Source: Desulfobacterales bacterium (GTDB lineage Bacteria > Desulfobacterota > Desulfobulbia > Desulfobulbales > BM004). From it: a stretch of 64,000 bases of DNA. The stretch spans positions 6,210-70,209 of the forward strand of contig JAKITW010000002.1 in assembly GCA_021647905.1 (NCBI GenBank). The letters run 5' to 3'. Under the pieces are notes generated by a model. It searched no databases. It was not told the DNA's origin and saw only the letters and a list, made by a program, of their open reading frames with translations. This document shows, in pieces, positions 32,628 to 44,986 of the stretch; the stretch's first letter is position 1, and each line of letters begins with the position of its first letter. The position numbers and the translations under genes were made by a program.

Positions 32628-33311
32628 ATGATATCTATCATCGTCCTGGCCACCCGCAACGCCGGCAAGGTGCGGGAATTCCAGGAGCTGGTCAAGGATT
32701 TCCCTGTGGAAATAAAAAGCCTGAGAGACTTCGGGCCCATCCCGGAGGTGGAAGAGGACGGCAAGACTTTCGAGGAAAATGCCTATAAAAAGGCCTTGTT
32801 CACCGCCAGGGTCCTGGGGCTGCCCGCCATTGCCGACGACTCCGGCCTGGTGGTCGAGGCCCTGGACGGCGCCCCGGGGGTGTATTCGGCCCGCTATGCC
32901 GGAGAAAACGCCACGGACCGGGAAAACGCGGCCAAGCTCCTGAAAGTGATGAAGGGGGTCGCCAACCGGAAGGCTGCCTTTGCCTGTGTGCTCTCCATTG
33001 CCGTGCCCTCGGGCCCGGCCCTGACCTATGAAGGACGATGCGAAGGCGAAATCCTGGAGGCGCCCCGGGGAGAAAACGGCTTCGGCTACGACCCGGTCTT
33101 CTTTTACCCGCCCCTGGGCAAGACCTTTGCCGAAATACCGATGGCGGAAAAAAACAAGGTCAGTCACCGCGGTCTGGCCTTGGCCGAGCTGGCCAGGGAG
33201 CTTGACAAGGTGATGGTCTGGCTGAATGCCCGCCTGGAGGAAGTGAAACCGCCCAAGCCGGACCACAAGGAGTTCGAGCATAACGACTGGTCGGAAGAGA
33301 AGATGGTATAG
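32628..33311 (+). CDS. rdgB: Non-canonical purine NTP pyrophosphatase (RdgB/HAM1 family)
   Basis: ATRNAGKVREF, EEDGKTFEENA, ADDSGL.V.AL.G.PGVYSARY, GENGFGYDP.F and HRG motifs. Confidence 0.88.
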   Translation: MISIIVLATRNAGKVREFQELVKDFPVEIKSLRDFGPIPEVEEDGKTFEENAYKKALFTARVLGLPAIADDSGLVVEALDGAPGVYSARYAGENATDRENAAKLLKVMKGVANRKAAFACVLSIAVPSGPALTYEGRCEGEILEAPRGENGFGYDPVFFYPPLGKTFAEIPMAEKNKVSHRGLALAELARELDKVMVWLNARLEEVKPPKPDHKEFEHNDWSEEKMV

Positions 33312-33312
33312 G

Positions 33313-33375
33313 GGCGCTCACCGGGCACCGAACCCGGAGCCCGGTGGGGCTTTCCCGGTGAGTGGTTACGTATCG
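33313..33375. repeat. Family C-related hairpin (GCTCACCGGG ... CCCGGTGAGTGGTTAC)
   Basis: CTCACCGGG pairs with CCCGGTGAG. The same arms flank the larger element at 47078-47240. It lies between the convergent rdgB and gpsA. Confidence 0.5.
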
Positions 33376-33388
33376 GGCGCTGATCGCT

Positions 33389-34405
33389 TTATCCTGATTC
33401 TTCTTTCAAGTCGCGCGCCAAAAGATCCCTGACCGCGGCCTCGCAGCCCTTGTTGTCGTAGAGTACCGCGTGGATCTGTTCCAGAATCGGCATCTCCACC
33501 CCCTGTTTCCGGGCCAGGTTCCAGGCCGATCTGGTGGTCTTGACCCCCTCGGCCACCATGTTCATTTCCCCGAGAATGGTGGCCAGTGATTTGCCCTGGC
33601 CCAGCTTCAACCCCACGGTCCGGTTACGGCTGAGTTCGCCGGTACAGGTGAGGACCAGGTCACCCAGACCGGCCAGACCGGAAAAGGTGAGCGGTTGGGC
33701 GCCCATCTTCACCCCGAGCCGGCTGATTTCCGCCAACCCCCTGGTGATCAACGCGGCCCGGGTATTGGTGCCGTAGCCGAGACCGTCGCAGATCCCGGCG
33801 GCAATGGCCACGATATTCTTCAACGCCCCGCCCAGTTCCAGGCCGATAACGTCGGTGCTGGCATATACCCTGAATTTTTCCGTGGAAAACGCTTTCTGGA
33901 AATAGCGGGCCGCCGCCAGGGTCCGGGCGGCGACGGTGACCGCCGTGGGTGTGCCCTGGACCACCTCCCTGGCAAAACTGGGCCCGGACAGAACCCCGAG
34001 CTGGAAATCATTTTCCCGGCCGGCCAACTCCTCTTCCATCACCTGGGTCATGGTGGCCTGGGTCTCGTTTTCAATCCCCTTAGCCGCTGAAAGGACATAA
34101 GCCCCGGCGCCAAGATGGGGGACAAGTTGTCGGAAAACCGAGCGATACACGTGGGAGGGCACCACCATTACCACCAGCCTGCACCCGGATACCGCCCCCT
34201 TGAGATCGGCAAGCGGGGTGATCCGGTCGACAAAACGGTAGCCTGGGAGATAGGCCTTGTTTTGCCGGTCGCGGCGGAGCTGCTCGACAAACTCCGGCCG
34301 ATGGCCCCAGAGAAAAACCGGGCCGCCGTTCTCGGCCAGCGGTTTGGTCAGGGCGGTGCCCCAGCTGCCGGCACCGATGACCGCGACCCCCTCAACCGGG
34401 ACCAT
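33389..34405 (-). CDS. gpsA: NAD(P)H-dependent glycerol-3-phosphate dehydrogenase
   Basis: VIGAGSWGTAL, GPSFA.EV, ALKN..AIA.G and NRT.G..LG motifs. TAATG overlap with the gyrA stop. Confidence 0.92.
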   Translation of the reverse strand: MVPVEGVAVIGAGSWGTALTKPLAENGGPVFLWGHRPEFVEQLRRDRQNKAYLPGYRFVDRITPLADLKGAVSGCRLVVMVVPSHVYRSVFRQLVPHLGAGAYVLSAAKGIENETQATMTQVMEEELAGRENDFQLGVLSGPSFAREVVQGTPTAVTVAARTLAAARYFQKAFSTEKFRVYASTDVIGLELGGALKNIVAIAAGICDGLGYGTNTRAALITRGLAEISRLGVKMGAQPLTFSGLAGLGDLVLTCTGELSRNRTVGLKLGQGKSLATILGEMNMVAEGVKTTRSAWNLARKQGVEMPILEQIHAVLYDNKGCEAAVRDLLARDLKEESG

Positions 34406-36894
34406 TATTGGTTCTCCTGGATGTTGCTGTTTTCCTCGCTGTCATCATCGTCATCATCGGTTCCCGGGGCCACCCGGTCCATGCTGACCACCTTCTCTCC
34501 TTCCGCCAGGTTGATCAGCCGGACCCCCTGGGTGTTGCGGCCGATGACCCGGACCGCCCCCATGTTCATCCGGATGATCTTGCCGCTGCTGGCGATCATC
34601 ATCACCTCATCCTCGTCGGTGACCATCAGGACGCCGATGGTCTTGCCGTTGCGTTCGCTGGCCTTGATGGCGATCACCCCGCGGCCGCCCCGCCGCTGCA
34701 GCCGGTAATCCTCCACCGGGCTCCGTTTGCCGTAGCCGTTTTCTGTCACCGCCAGGATGGATTTATCATCCTCCAGCACCACCATCCCGACCACCTTATC
34801 GCCGGGACGCAGGGTAATCCCCCTGACCCCGGCGGCCACCCGGCCCATGGCCCGAACATCGCTCTCATGAAAACGGATCGACATCCCGTTGCTGGAAACG
34901 AGCAGGATCTCGTTATTACCGTTGGTGATGGCGGCAGACATGATCTCATCACCCTCGTTGATCCTGAGGGCGATCTTGCCCTTGCGCAGGGGCCGGCTGA
35001 ACTCGGCCAGCATGGTCTTCTTGATCCGGCCCAGCCGGGTTGTCATGAACACATAGGCCTGCTCGCCGTGGTCGAAACTTGAAACCGGCAGGATGGCAGC
35101 CACCTTCTCGCCCTCGGTAAGCTCGAGCAGGTTGACGATCGCCTTGCCCCGGGCGGTGCGACCGGCCAGGGGTATCTCGTAGACCTTGCGCCAGAACACC
35201 TTGCCCTTGTTGGTGAAAAACAAAAACGTGTCATGGGTGGAGGCCAGATAGAGGTCGCGGACAAAATCCTCCTCAATGGTGGTGATCCCCTTGATCCCCT
35301 TGCCACCCCGCCGCTGGGCCCGGTACAGGCCCATGGGATTACGCTTGATATAACCGGAATGGGTGACCGTGACCACCATGCTCTCCCGCGTGATCATATC
35401 TTCCGGCAGGATCTCGTCCGGGGCCTCGATGATCTCGGTGCGCCGCTCGTCGCCGTACTCATCCTTGATCCGTTTAAACTCGTCACGGATGATCTTCATT
35501 ACCAGGCTTTCATCACTCAACACCCGGTGATACCCGGCAATATCTTTCAGGAGCGACTCATACTCGTTGATGATCTTTTCCCGCTCCAGCCCGGTCAGCT
35601 TCTGGAGCCGCATATCCAGGATGGACTGGGCCTGGATCTCGCTCAAGCCGAAAAGCTCCATCAGGCCGCGGCGCGCCTCCGGGGGGTTGGCCGATTCCCT
35701 GATCAGGGTAACAACTTCATCCAGGTTGGTAAGGGCAATCTTCAATCCCGCGAGGATATGGGCCCGGTCTTCCGCTTTTTTCAGATCATGGGCCGTGCGG
35801 CGATAGACAATGGTCTTGCGATGAAGCAGGAAATGCTGGAGGATCTGTTTGAGGTTCAGAATCTCCGGCTTATTGTTGACAATGGAGAGCATAATAATCC
35901 CGAAGCTCTTCTGCAGCGGGGTATGCTTGTAGAGCTGGTTCAGGACCACATCGGGAAACTCGTCCTTTTTTAACTCCAGCACGATCCGCATCCCCTGCCG
36001 GTCCGACTCGTCCCGGATCTCGGAGATGGAGGTAATCTTTTTATCCTTGACCAGCTGGGCGATTTTGGCCACCAGGGTGGCCTTGTTCTGCTGATAGGGG
36101 ATTTCGGTAATTATAATCGCCTCGCGCTTGCTCTGCTTGATCTCCTCGATATGGCTCTTGGAGCGGATCAGGATGGAGCCGCGGCCGGTTTCATAGGCCT
36201 GCCGGATCCCGGCCCGGCCGCAGATAAAGGCGCCGGTGGGAAAATCCGGCCCAGTGATGATCTGACTCAGCCGATGCACCGCAATGCTCGGGTCGTCGAT
36301 CATCGCGATCAGCCCGTCCAGTACCTCGGTCAGGTTGTGGGGTGGAATATTGGTGGCCATCCCCACCGCGATGCCCGAGGAACCGTTGATCAGCAGGTTG
36401 GGAATCCTGGCGGGAAAGACCAGCGGCTCGGTCAGGGAGTTGTCATAGTTGGGGACAAAATCCACGGTCTCTTTTTCAAGATCAGCCACCATTTCCTGGT
36501 CGAGCCTGGTCATCCGGGCCTCGGTGTAGCGCATGGCCGCCGGTGAATCGCCGTCCACTGAACCGAAGTTACCCTGGCCGTCCACCAGGGGGTAGCGCAT
36601 GGAAAAACCCTGGGCCATCCGGACAATGGTGTCATAAACCGCGGTGTCGCCGTGGGGATGATATTTACCGATAACATCGCCAACGATCCGCGCCGACTTG
36701 ACGTGGGGCCGGTTGTAAAAATTGCTCAATTCGCGCATGGCGTACAGGGCTCGCCGGTGCACCGGCTTGAGGCCGTCGCGCACATCGGGCAGGGCCCGGC
36801 CGATAATGACGCTCATCGCATAATCGAGATAGGATTTGCGCAACTCCTGCTCAATGGAAATGGATTGTTCCGTGCTCACGTTTTCTTCTCTCAT
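34405..36894 (-). CDS. gyrA: DNA gyrase subunit A
   Basis: DGLKPVHRR, the AAMRYTE active-site Tyr region, six C-terminal beta-pinwheel repeats and an acidic tail DDDDDDSEE. Confidence 0.97.
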   Translation of the reverse strand: MREENVSTEQSISIEQELRKSYLDYAMSVIIGRALPDVRDGLKPVHRRALYAMRELSNFYNRPHVKSARIVGDVIGKYHPHGDTAVYDTIVRMAQGFSMRYPLVDGQGNFGSVDGDSPAAMRYTEARMTRLDQEMVADLEKETVDFVPNYDNSLTEPLVFPARIPNLLINGSSGIAVGMATNIPPHNLTEVLDGLIAMIDDPSIAVHRLSQIITGPDFPTGAFICGRAGIRQAYETGRGSILIRSKSHIEEIKQSKREAIIITEIPYQQNKATLVAKIAQLVKDKKITSISEIRDESDRQGMRIVLELKKDEFPDVVLNQLYKHTPLQKSFGIIMLSIVNNKPEILNLKQILQHFLLHRKTIVYRRTAHDLKKAEDRAHILAGLKIALTNLDEVVTLIRESANPPEARRGLMELFGLSEIQAQSILDMRLQKLTGLEREKIINEYESLLKDIAGYHRVLSDESLVMKIIRDEFKRIKDEYGDERRTEIIEAPDEILPEDMITRESMVVTVTHSGYIKRNPMGLYRAQRRGGKGIKGITTIEEDFVRDLYLASTHDTFLFFTNKGKVFWRKVYEIPLAGRTARGKAIVNLLELTEGEKVAAILPVSSFDHGEQAYVFMTTRLGRIKKTMLAEFSRPLRKGKIALRINEGDEIMSAAITNGNNEILLVSSNGMSIRFHESDVRAMGRVAAGVRGITLRPGDKVVGMVVLEDDKSILAVTENGYGKRSPVEDYRLQRRGGRGVIAIKASERNGKTIGVLMVTDEDEVMMIASSGKIIRMNMGAVRVIGRNTQGVRLINLAEGEKVVSMDRVAPGTDDDDDDSEENSNIQENQ

Positions 36895-36976
36895 TATGTC
36901 CTTCTGTGTAACTGATATCCAGGGTAACGACCAGTTGACCCCGCTATTGTTGCGTCCTTGTCAGATCGTGCCCATC

Positions 36977-37003
36977 CGGAAATTGCTCATTTCTGGACGG
37001 ACA
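36977..37003 (-). repeat. 26-nt tail motif (inverted copy of 3601-3626), abutting the gyrB stop codon
   Basis: GGAAATTGCTCATTTCTGGACGGACAC is the reverse complement of GTGTCCGTCCAGAAATGAGCAATTTC(C). Confidence 0.55.
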
Positions 37004-39424
<2,421 letters not shown>

Positions 39425-39462
39425 TTATAAACTGTTCCCGGACAAAGCACTTTTTCCGACAC

Positions 39463-39506
39463 CGGGTGGCCTTTTCCACCTGTCGAGCAGACTTGTTGCC
39501 CAGTGA
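39463..39506 (+). repeat. Family C repeat, partial (copy C3)
   Basis: CCGGGTGGCcTTTTCCACCTGTCGAGCAgACTtgTTGCCCaGT aligns with the core of 9583-9620. Confidence 0.5.
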
Positions 39507-39507
39507 A

Positions 39508-39613
39508 AATTGTCGGTCTCGCAACAACCCGCTCGACGGACGTGATTCGTCTTGTAACTTGTTGATTTTATAGGGTGGCATTTGAAGCCTTTCGGGTTGT
39601 TACAAGTCCATCA
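39508..39613 (+). repeat. Family B repeat (copy B5)
   Basis: Differs from the reverse complement of B3/B4 at about 3 positions by eye. It fills the dnaN-gyrB spacer. Confidence 0.88.
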
Positions 39614-39760
39614 AAATTTTCTGTCGGATTATAAATATCAACCCTTTCCCCTGGAAAACAAAGACCTGGGTATCCTTGAACCACCCCATTAAAATTCCTC
39701 TGGGTGGATATTTTTTTTCATTGTTATCCTGGGGGGGAAAAATAGTTGAGGGGCTTCATT

Positions 39761-40894
39761 TTAAATTTTCATCGGCATTATAATACTCATAAAACCAGGA
39801 TCATCATCCCCCTGGATAAGACAGGGGCTCTGCTCGGAATTTATATATAGCTTTATTATATCACTCTTCATTACCTGCAGGGTCTCTATAAAATATCTGC
39901 AATTAAAACCAATAGTTAAAGGTTCACCATCATATTTTGTTCCGATCTTGTCAGTGGCATTTCCATAGTCGGCATTATGGGATGATAAAACAATGCTTTC
40001 CTTGTTAACATCCAGTTGCACCGCGTTAAAATTATCTTCAGTAAACAGATTGGTTCTTTTCAGGGCTTCAAGGAACAACACTCTTTCCACTTCTATGCTT
40101 TTTTCCATAACTATTACTTTTATAATATTACGATAATCAGGAAAATCGCCGTTTAATAAGCGAATAATAATCAGCACTTTTTCGCTTTTTAAAACAATCT
40201 GTTTCTTGTCAAAACCCACCCTTACTGTTTCGTTTGCTTCACAAATTTTGCGTATCTCCAACACCCCTCTCCGGGGAATAATTATATTTTTTTCAAAACT
40301 TATATTTTTTATTTCCTCCTGTGCCCTTCTCTCCATGATCGACAACCGGTGACCGTCCGAGGAAACCATCCGTAAACTCGGGCTGCCATCTTTCAATTCA
40401 TCCCTTTCCAGGAGAATTCCGGTAAGGGTAAAATTGCTCTCCCTCTCGTTTGCCACGGAAAAGACTGTTTTTTCAATAAGTTCGTTAATGGAATCACAGG
40501 CAAATGATACCATATCACCATCATTGTATTCAGGAAAAGCCGGATATTCCTCAGCTGCCGTGCCGGCGAGATTATAGACGCTTGATCCGGCAACGATCTT
40601 CATCCAGTAGTTGTCCTGTTCCTCCAGAGAAATTTTTTCCGTACCGGATTCCTTGACGATTTCATAAAGAATTTTGGCCGGCAGGGTAATGGCTCCCGGC
40701 TGAACAATCTCCGCCGGAACCATATTTTTAATCCCTACTTCCAGATCTGTGGCAATCAATTCAATGGTGTTGTCAGCACATTGAATAAGTACGTTGGCCA
40801 GGATGGGCAGGGTTCCCTTTTTGCCGCTGATGTTTTGTAACAAAGCAAGGGCGGATAAAAAATGTTCTTTCGATACATTCAGTTTCAGAGCCAT
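39761..40894 (-). CDS. dnaN: DNA polymerase III beta sliding clamp
   Basis: 377 aa. MALKLNVSKEHFLSALALLQNISGKKGTLPILANVLI..ATDLEVGI..GDDDPGFMSIIMPMKI matches the typical DnaN ends. Visibly AT-richer than neighbouring genes. Confidence 0.93.
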   Translation of the reverse strand: MALKLNVSKEHFLSALALLQNISGKKGTLPILANVLIQCADNTIELIATDLEVGIKNMVPAEIVQPGAITLPAKILYEIVKESGTEKISLEEQDNYWMKIVAGSSVYNLAGTAAEEYPAFPEYNDGDMVSFACDSINELIEKTVFSVANERESNFTLTGILLERDELKDGSPSLRMVSSDGHRLSIMERRAQEEIKNISFEKNIIIPRRGVLEIRKICEANETVRVGFDKKQIVLKSEKVLIIIRLLNGDFPDYRNIIKVIVMEKSIEVERVLFLEALKRTNLFTEDNFNAVQLDVNKESIVLSSHNADYGNATDKIGTKYDGEPLTIGFNCRYFIETLQVMKSDIIKLYINSEQSPCLIQGDDDPGFMSIIMPMKI

Positions 40895-41147
40895 ACAGAA
40901 TCCCTCTTTCTAATTATTTTTTATTTTGTTTATTTGAGAGAGAAGTATTATTAGGGGTCTTGAAATCTTGAAAAAGTAGATAACCTTTTTAAATGTATAA
41001 AAAAACAAATGTTAATTCCAGCGGTAAAAAAACAGGAAAAACAGGTGTTGTCAGAAATTAACAAATTTTAAATAATATATGAAAAAAAGCTTAAATTCTA
41101 AGGAGATAAAATTTAAACAAATATAGTGTAAAAACATTAAAAGTTCA
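40895..41147. other. AT-rich ~250-bp spacer upstream of dnaN (dnaN promoter region, possible oriC segment)
   Basis: Strong local AT richness with A/T tracts. Gene orientation is uniformly minus to the left and plus immediately to the right. Only weak DnaA-box-like 9-mers were seen (for example GGTTATCTACT). Confidence 0.3.
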
Positions 41148-42344
41148 ATGATAATAACACGGCAGAACAATATTGTTCAGCGGGCGAAAAATGAATTTAT
41201 GGGCGCGGGAAACAACAGGATAAAAAGGCTTGGGCCGGTATTGGAAAAACTGTTTGAACAGGCGGCAAAAGAGGGTGTTTTTTCTGGCGCGGCAGTGGGA
41301 GTACAAAAAGGGCTGGGCCGGGGCCGGAAAAAGTATACAGCGGTTTATGGAAAGAGTTCCAGCGCACCGAGGGCGAAAAAAGTATCACCCGGCAGTTTTT
41401 TCGATCTGGCATCGCTTACCAAACCCCTTGGCACCACCCTGGCTGTTCTCTGTCTGATCAAGGAAGGAAAAACAACCCTTTGTCAGAGGCTCACCGCCCT
41501 TCTGGACGAGGGGGTGCCAGGGGGAAAAGAGGACATAACCCTGTGGCAGCTGCTCAATCACTGTTCCGGTCTTCCCGCCCACCGACCCTATTACGAAAAG
41601 ATGGGCGGAATGGGGCAAGAGAAAGCCAGGAAAAAAATTTATTCGATGATATTAAAAGAACCGCTGGCCGCGGTTCCCGGAACCAGGGCGATATACAGTG
41701 ACCTTGGTTTTATGTTGCTCGGCCGGATTATTGAAAAAAAATCAGGAAAAACCCTGGCCGACTATCTTGCCGACAGGGTGATGACCCCGCTGGGACTTGA
41801 AAAGAAAATTTTTTTCAGCGGGACGGAGGGGTCGGGGAACAACAACCCGGGAGCGGGTTTTGTTGCCACCCGCTACTGCTCCCGCCGCCACAGGGTTATC
41901 TGTGGCGAGGTGGATGATAATAATGCCGCGGTTATGGGGGGTACAGCCGGTCATGCCGGCCTGTTCGGGGATATTGAAGGGGTGCTTGCCCTTACCTCCC
42001 ATTTACTTGAGATGTGGCATCAACAAAACGAACATCCAGGTTTTTCCAACCAGGAGCTGGCCTGTTTTTTTGAAAGAAAAAAAGAGATTCCAGGGAGCAG
42101 TTGGGCCCTGGGTTTTGATACCCCTTCCTTTACAGGATCAAGCAGCGGCCGTTTTCTTTCCGCTAAAAGCGTCGGTCATCTCGGTTTTACCGGCACTTCT
42201 TTCTGGATAGATTATAAAAAGGAGTTGGTAATGGTGCTCCTGACCAACCGGGTCCATCCTGGCGGCGATAACAGTCTTATCCGTTCCTTTCGGCCCCTTT
42301 TTCATGATACTGTGGTGAAGAGCCTTTTTTCGCTTGAGGAATAA
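41148..42344 (+). CDS. Serine hydrolase, beta-lactamase/PBP4*-like family
   Basis: DLASLTKPL (SxxK) and YSD/YSN-like motifs, HLGFTGTS near the C-terminus. The start is uncertain (ATG 41148 or 41199). Confidence 0.75.
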   Translation: MIITRQNNIVQRAKNEFMGAGNNRIKRLGPVLEKLFEQAAKEGVFSGAAVGVQKGLGRGRKKYTAVYGKSSSAPRAKKVSPGSFFDLASLTKPLGTTLAVLCLIKEGKTTLCQRLTALLDEGVPGGKEDITLWQLLNHCSGLPAHRPYYEKMGGMGQEKARKKIYSMILKEPLAAVPGTRAIYSDLGFMLLGRIIEKKSGKTLADYLADRVMTPLGLEKKIFFSGTEGSGNNNPGAGFVATRYCSRRHRVICGEVDDNNAAVMGGTAGHAGLFGDIEGVLALTSHLLEMWHQQNEHPGFSNQELACFFERKKEIPGSSWALGFDTPSFTGSSSGRFLSAKSVGHLGFTGTSFWIDYKKELVMVLLTNRVHPGGDNSLIRSFRPLFHDTVVKSLFSLEE

Positions 42345-42385
42345 CCAGGGGCTGGTAACAGTTGACCCGGGCGCAACCAGGCCGG

Positions 42386-42616
42386 TTATTTCCCCAGCAC
42401 CGCGGTTTCGAAATTAAAGGACCTGACCTTGGCAACAACCTGTTCTTCGCCAATATCCTCTGGATCGTAGAGAATGGTGATAATTCCGTCCTGGTAATTG
42501 ACCGATGCCGCCAGGATACCGTCGGTGTCCAGGAGCACGGTCTCCATATCCATGGCGCAGCCGGTGCAGACGATGTTTTTTATCTGAAGACGTATTTTCT
42601 GTTCATTCATTTTCAT
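42386..42616 (-). CDS. Heavy-metal-associated (HMA) domain protein / metallochaperone-like
   Basis: KNIVCTGCAMDME (a variant of the MxCxxC metal-binding loop) within a roughly 70-aa ferredoxin-like domain. Start at ATG 42616 or 42610. Confidence 0.75.
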   Translation of the reverse strand: MKMNEQKIRLQIKNIVCTGCAMDMETVLLDTDGILAASVNYQDGIITILYDPEDIGEEQVVAKVRSFNFETAVLGK

Positions 42617-42655
42617 TATCCGGTAAAAATCCTTGTCTGATGATTTAAAAAAAAT

Positions 42656-44344
42656 ATGAAAGAAAACCAAGCCGTTTTTCCTGGCAGGCCGGAACAAATT
42701 GTTTTTATAAGCTTTTTATATTTTGTTATTCCCCTTCTGCTTTATATATTCCGGGGTCTTGACAACAATAGTCTTACCAGCTGGCAATGGATTTTTCATG
42801 GTTTTGGGGTTTCCGGTTTTTTTGTTGTGCTGCTTGCCGGTTTTTTGGGCGCTGTTTTTCTGGCCAGATTCTCCTGTTATGAACAAAAACCAATATTTCT
42901 TTTTATCGCTGCATGGGTGAGCGGCGCCCTTTTCTGGGGGGTGCCGGAGGTTATTGTTGATACCTCGCGATATTTTACCCAGGCCAAGGGCCTTGAGCTG
43001 TTCGGACCCGGATATTTTTTGGGCCACTGGGGGAACGGGATTTTTGCCTGGACCGACCTGCCCCTGATGCCCTTTATCTATGGGCTTGTTTTTAAATATC
43101 TCGGCGAAGCAAGGATATACATCCAACTGCTCAACACCACTTTTTTTGGATTGACCGCTCTCCTCACCTATTTAATCGGCAAAACATTCTGGGGCCGGGA
43201 GGTCGGGTTCCGGGCCGGGTTGCTGCTCCTGGGAATGCCCTATATCTTTTCCCAGGTGCCGCTGATGCTGGTTGATGTTCCGAGCATGTTTTTTCTCACC
43301 CTTTCGGTCTATACCCTTGCCACGGCCTTAGACCGAGGCGGGGTCTTTTATGTTTCCCTGGCCGCAGGTTCTCTTTTTCTCGCCTTTTTTGTCAAATATT
43401 CACTATGGCTCTTCCTGTCGGTGAATGTTTTTGTTTTTCTCGTTTATCTCAAAAAAAACCCTGGGCCGGCGATCAGAAGGTGTGCCGCGGTTTTGTTTTT
43501 ATTCGTTCTGTTTGCCGGAACAGTGGTCCTTGCCCGGTACGACTTTTTTGTCGAGCAGATAACCTTTATAAAAGAGTATCAAAAGCCCGGCCTCGGCCGG
43601 TGGAGCGAGAGTTTTGTCTCCACCTTTCTTTTTCAGGTTCATCCCTTTATAACCATGGCGGCCCTGTTTTCCGGTTATCGGGCAGTGCGGAAAAGAGATT
43701 TCCGCTACCTGGTGATCAGCTACCTGGTTCTTTTGCTCGTTTTTCTGCAAATAAAACGAATACGATATATTTTGCCGATCCTGCCGATGCTCGCCCTGCT
43801 CGCCTCCTACGGCCTGTGTATGGTCAAGGACCGGGTGGTGCGAAAATTTATCATCTGTTGCGCGGTTGGTTGTTCCCTGGCTGTGGCCCTGGCGGCATAC
43901 CAGCCGTTTTTGCGCAACATGGGAGCGGCAAACCTGAAGGATGCCGGCTTCTTTCTGGACAAACAGGAGACAATCAAGACCGCCCTGGTTGTTATCTCCC
44001 GGCAAGGAAAACAGATACTGAACCAGGCCGTTTCCGTGCCCCTTCTCGACCTGTATACCAACAAGAAGATAATCTACAACCAGATCGATCCAGCGAAAAA
44101 ACCAGCCGATTTTCTGACATCTTCACTGCGTTTCACCTGGGAATACCAGGTGCCGGGCTTTTACCTGGAGACCGCGGGCAAAGAGCGGCCCGCGGATGCG
44201 GTTGTTGTTGTTGCGACCAGACAAGACATGGACTGGTCCCCTTCTATCCGGGAAAGTATCAAGGGGTTTGACAGGGTAAAGATGTTTGGCCGGACAACCG
44301 GGGTGTTCAAACACCAGACCTTTGTCACCATCTATTATCATTGA
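42656..44344 (+). CDS. Polytopic membrane glycosyltransferase (ArnT/PMT-like, GT39/GT83 type)
   Basis: More than 10 hydrophobic segments, an early loop with a DxS/DxD-like motif (VDTSRYF) and a C-terminal soluble domain. The family call rests on architecture only. Confidence 0.7.
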   Translation: MKENQAVFPGRPEQIVFISFLYFVIPLLLYIFRGLDNNSLTSWQWIFHGFGVSGFFVVLLAGFLGAVFLARFSCYEQKPIFLFIAAWVSGALFWGVPEVIVDTSRYFTQAKGLELFGPGYFLGHWGNGIFAWTDLPLMPFIYGLVFKYLGEARIYIQLLNTTFFGLTALLTYLIGKTFWGREVGFRAGLLLLGMPYIFSQVPLMLVDVPSMFFLTLSVYTLATALDRGGVFYVSLAAGSLFLAFFVKYSLWLFLSVNVFVFLVYLKKNPGPAIRRCAAVLFLFVLFAGTVVLARYDFFVEQITFIKEYQKPGLGRWSESFVSTFLFQVHPFITMAALFSGYRAVRKRDFRYLVISYLVLLLVFLQIKRIRYILPILPMLALLASYGLCMVKDRVVRKFIICCAVGCSLAVALAAYQPFLRNMGAANLKDAGFFLDKQETIKTALVVISRQGKQILNQAVSVPLLDLYTNKKIIYNQIDPAKKPADFLTSSLRFTWEYQVPGFYLETAGKERPADAVVVVATRQDMDWSPSIRESIKGFDRVKMFGRTTGVFKHQTFVTIYYH

Positions 44345-44446
44345 CAAACCAGCATGGCCGGACCAAACTTTACGGCCGCAGCCACAACCAACAATGAAAA
44401 TCTCCCCGGACACCTGGCGTTGTCACGGAACGATTTTCATATAAAA
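44345..44446 (-). repeat. Family A repeat (copy A7, beta subtype, inverted)
   Basis: The reverse complement reads TTTTATATGAAAATCG..GTGTCCGGGGAGATTTTCATTGTTGGTTGTGGCTGCGGCC..TGGTCCgGCCATGCTGGTTTG. It starts 1 nt after the stop of the preceding gene. Confidence 0.85.
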
Positions 44447-44665
44447 GTGCCCGGTATATCGCCCTAAGCCGTCACGGATTCAGGCGATATACAGGTTCAG
44501 GCTATATAAGGATAACCGTGGGCATGACTCCAGGGACAACGCTTTTGACACCCTGGCCCGGCGGGCGGCGGGATGTTTCTTGTCAAAATTTCCCCAACAA
44601 ACCACAGGTGCAAAAAAAGTTCATCAACAGACTGTTTCGGGTCAAGCAACCGTTAACCTTTGTTC

Positions 44666-44694
44666 TTGACATTTATACGGCTACAAATTATATG
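44666..44694 (+). promoter_or_regulatory. Sigma-70-type promoter candidate (TTGACA-17 nt-TATATG), about 290 nt upstream of yeeE
   Basis: Perfect -35 TTGACA at 44666-44671 and an imperfect -10 at 44689-44694. Confidence 0.35.
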
Positions 44695-44986
44695 ACTTCA
44701 TACCACGTTGTGTCATACCACAAGGTGGTACGGGGCTTTTAGCGGTTTTAAAAAATGAGGCAGGGCTCATTTTCATGAAAAAAAAGGGGTGGTGGCAACA
44801 TCGCGGGTGTTAAGGGTTGCCGGTAAGGTTTTACTTGGCTGAAAGAGTCTGGTTTGTCTGAAAATCCCCGATAAACAAGCATGTTGTTCGTGGCCGGGTT
44901 TTTGCGGCAGATTAAGCCGTGAAGATCCATAATGTTGAAAAACAGGTTATCTGGGCTTCAAAAGGTTTTTCACTCAGGGAGGGAGT

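Noticed and set aside
40895-41147. A confident oriC call with DnaA boxes.
   Set aside because: Only 7-of-9 matches to TTATCCACA were found by eye. The region is kept as a low-confidence candidate pending GC-skew and box-scan computation.
44699-44725. An 11-nt match (CATACCACAAG) to the central-bubble region of E. coli 6S RNA, as I recall it, just downstream of a promoter-like site.
   Set aside because: No complementary 3' segment exists to close a 6S-like helix within the next 300 nt. A short match is likely coincidental. It is treated as part of the yeeE leader instead.
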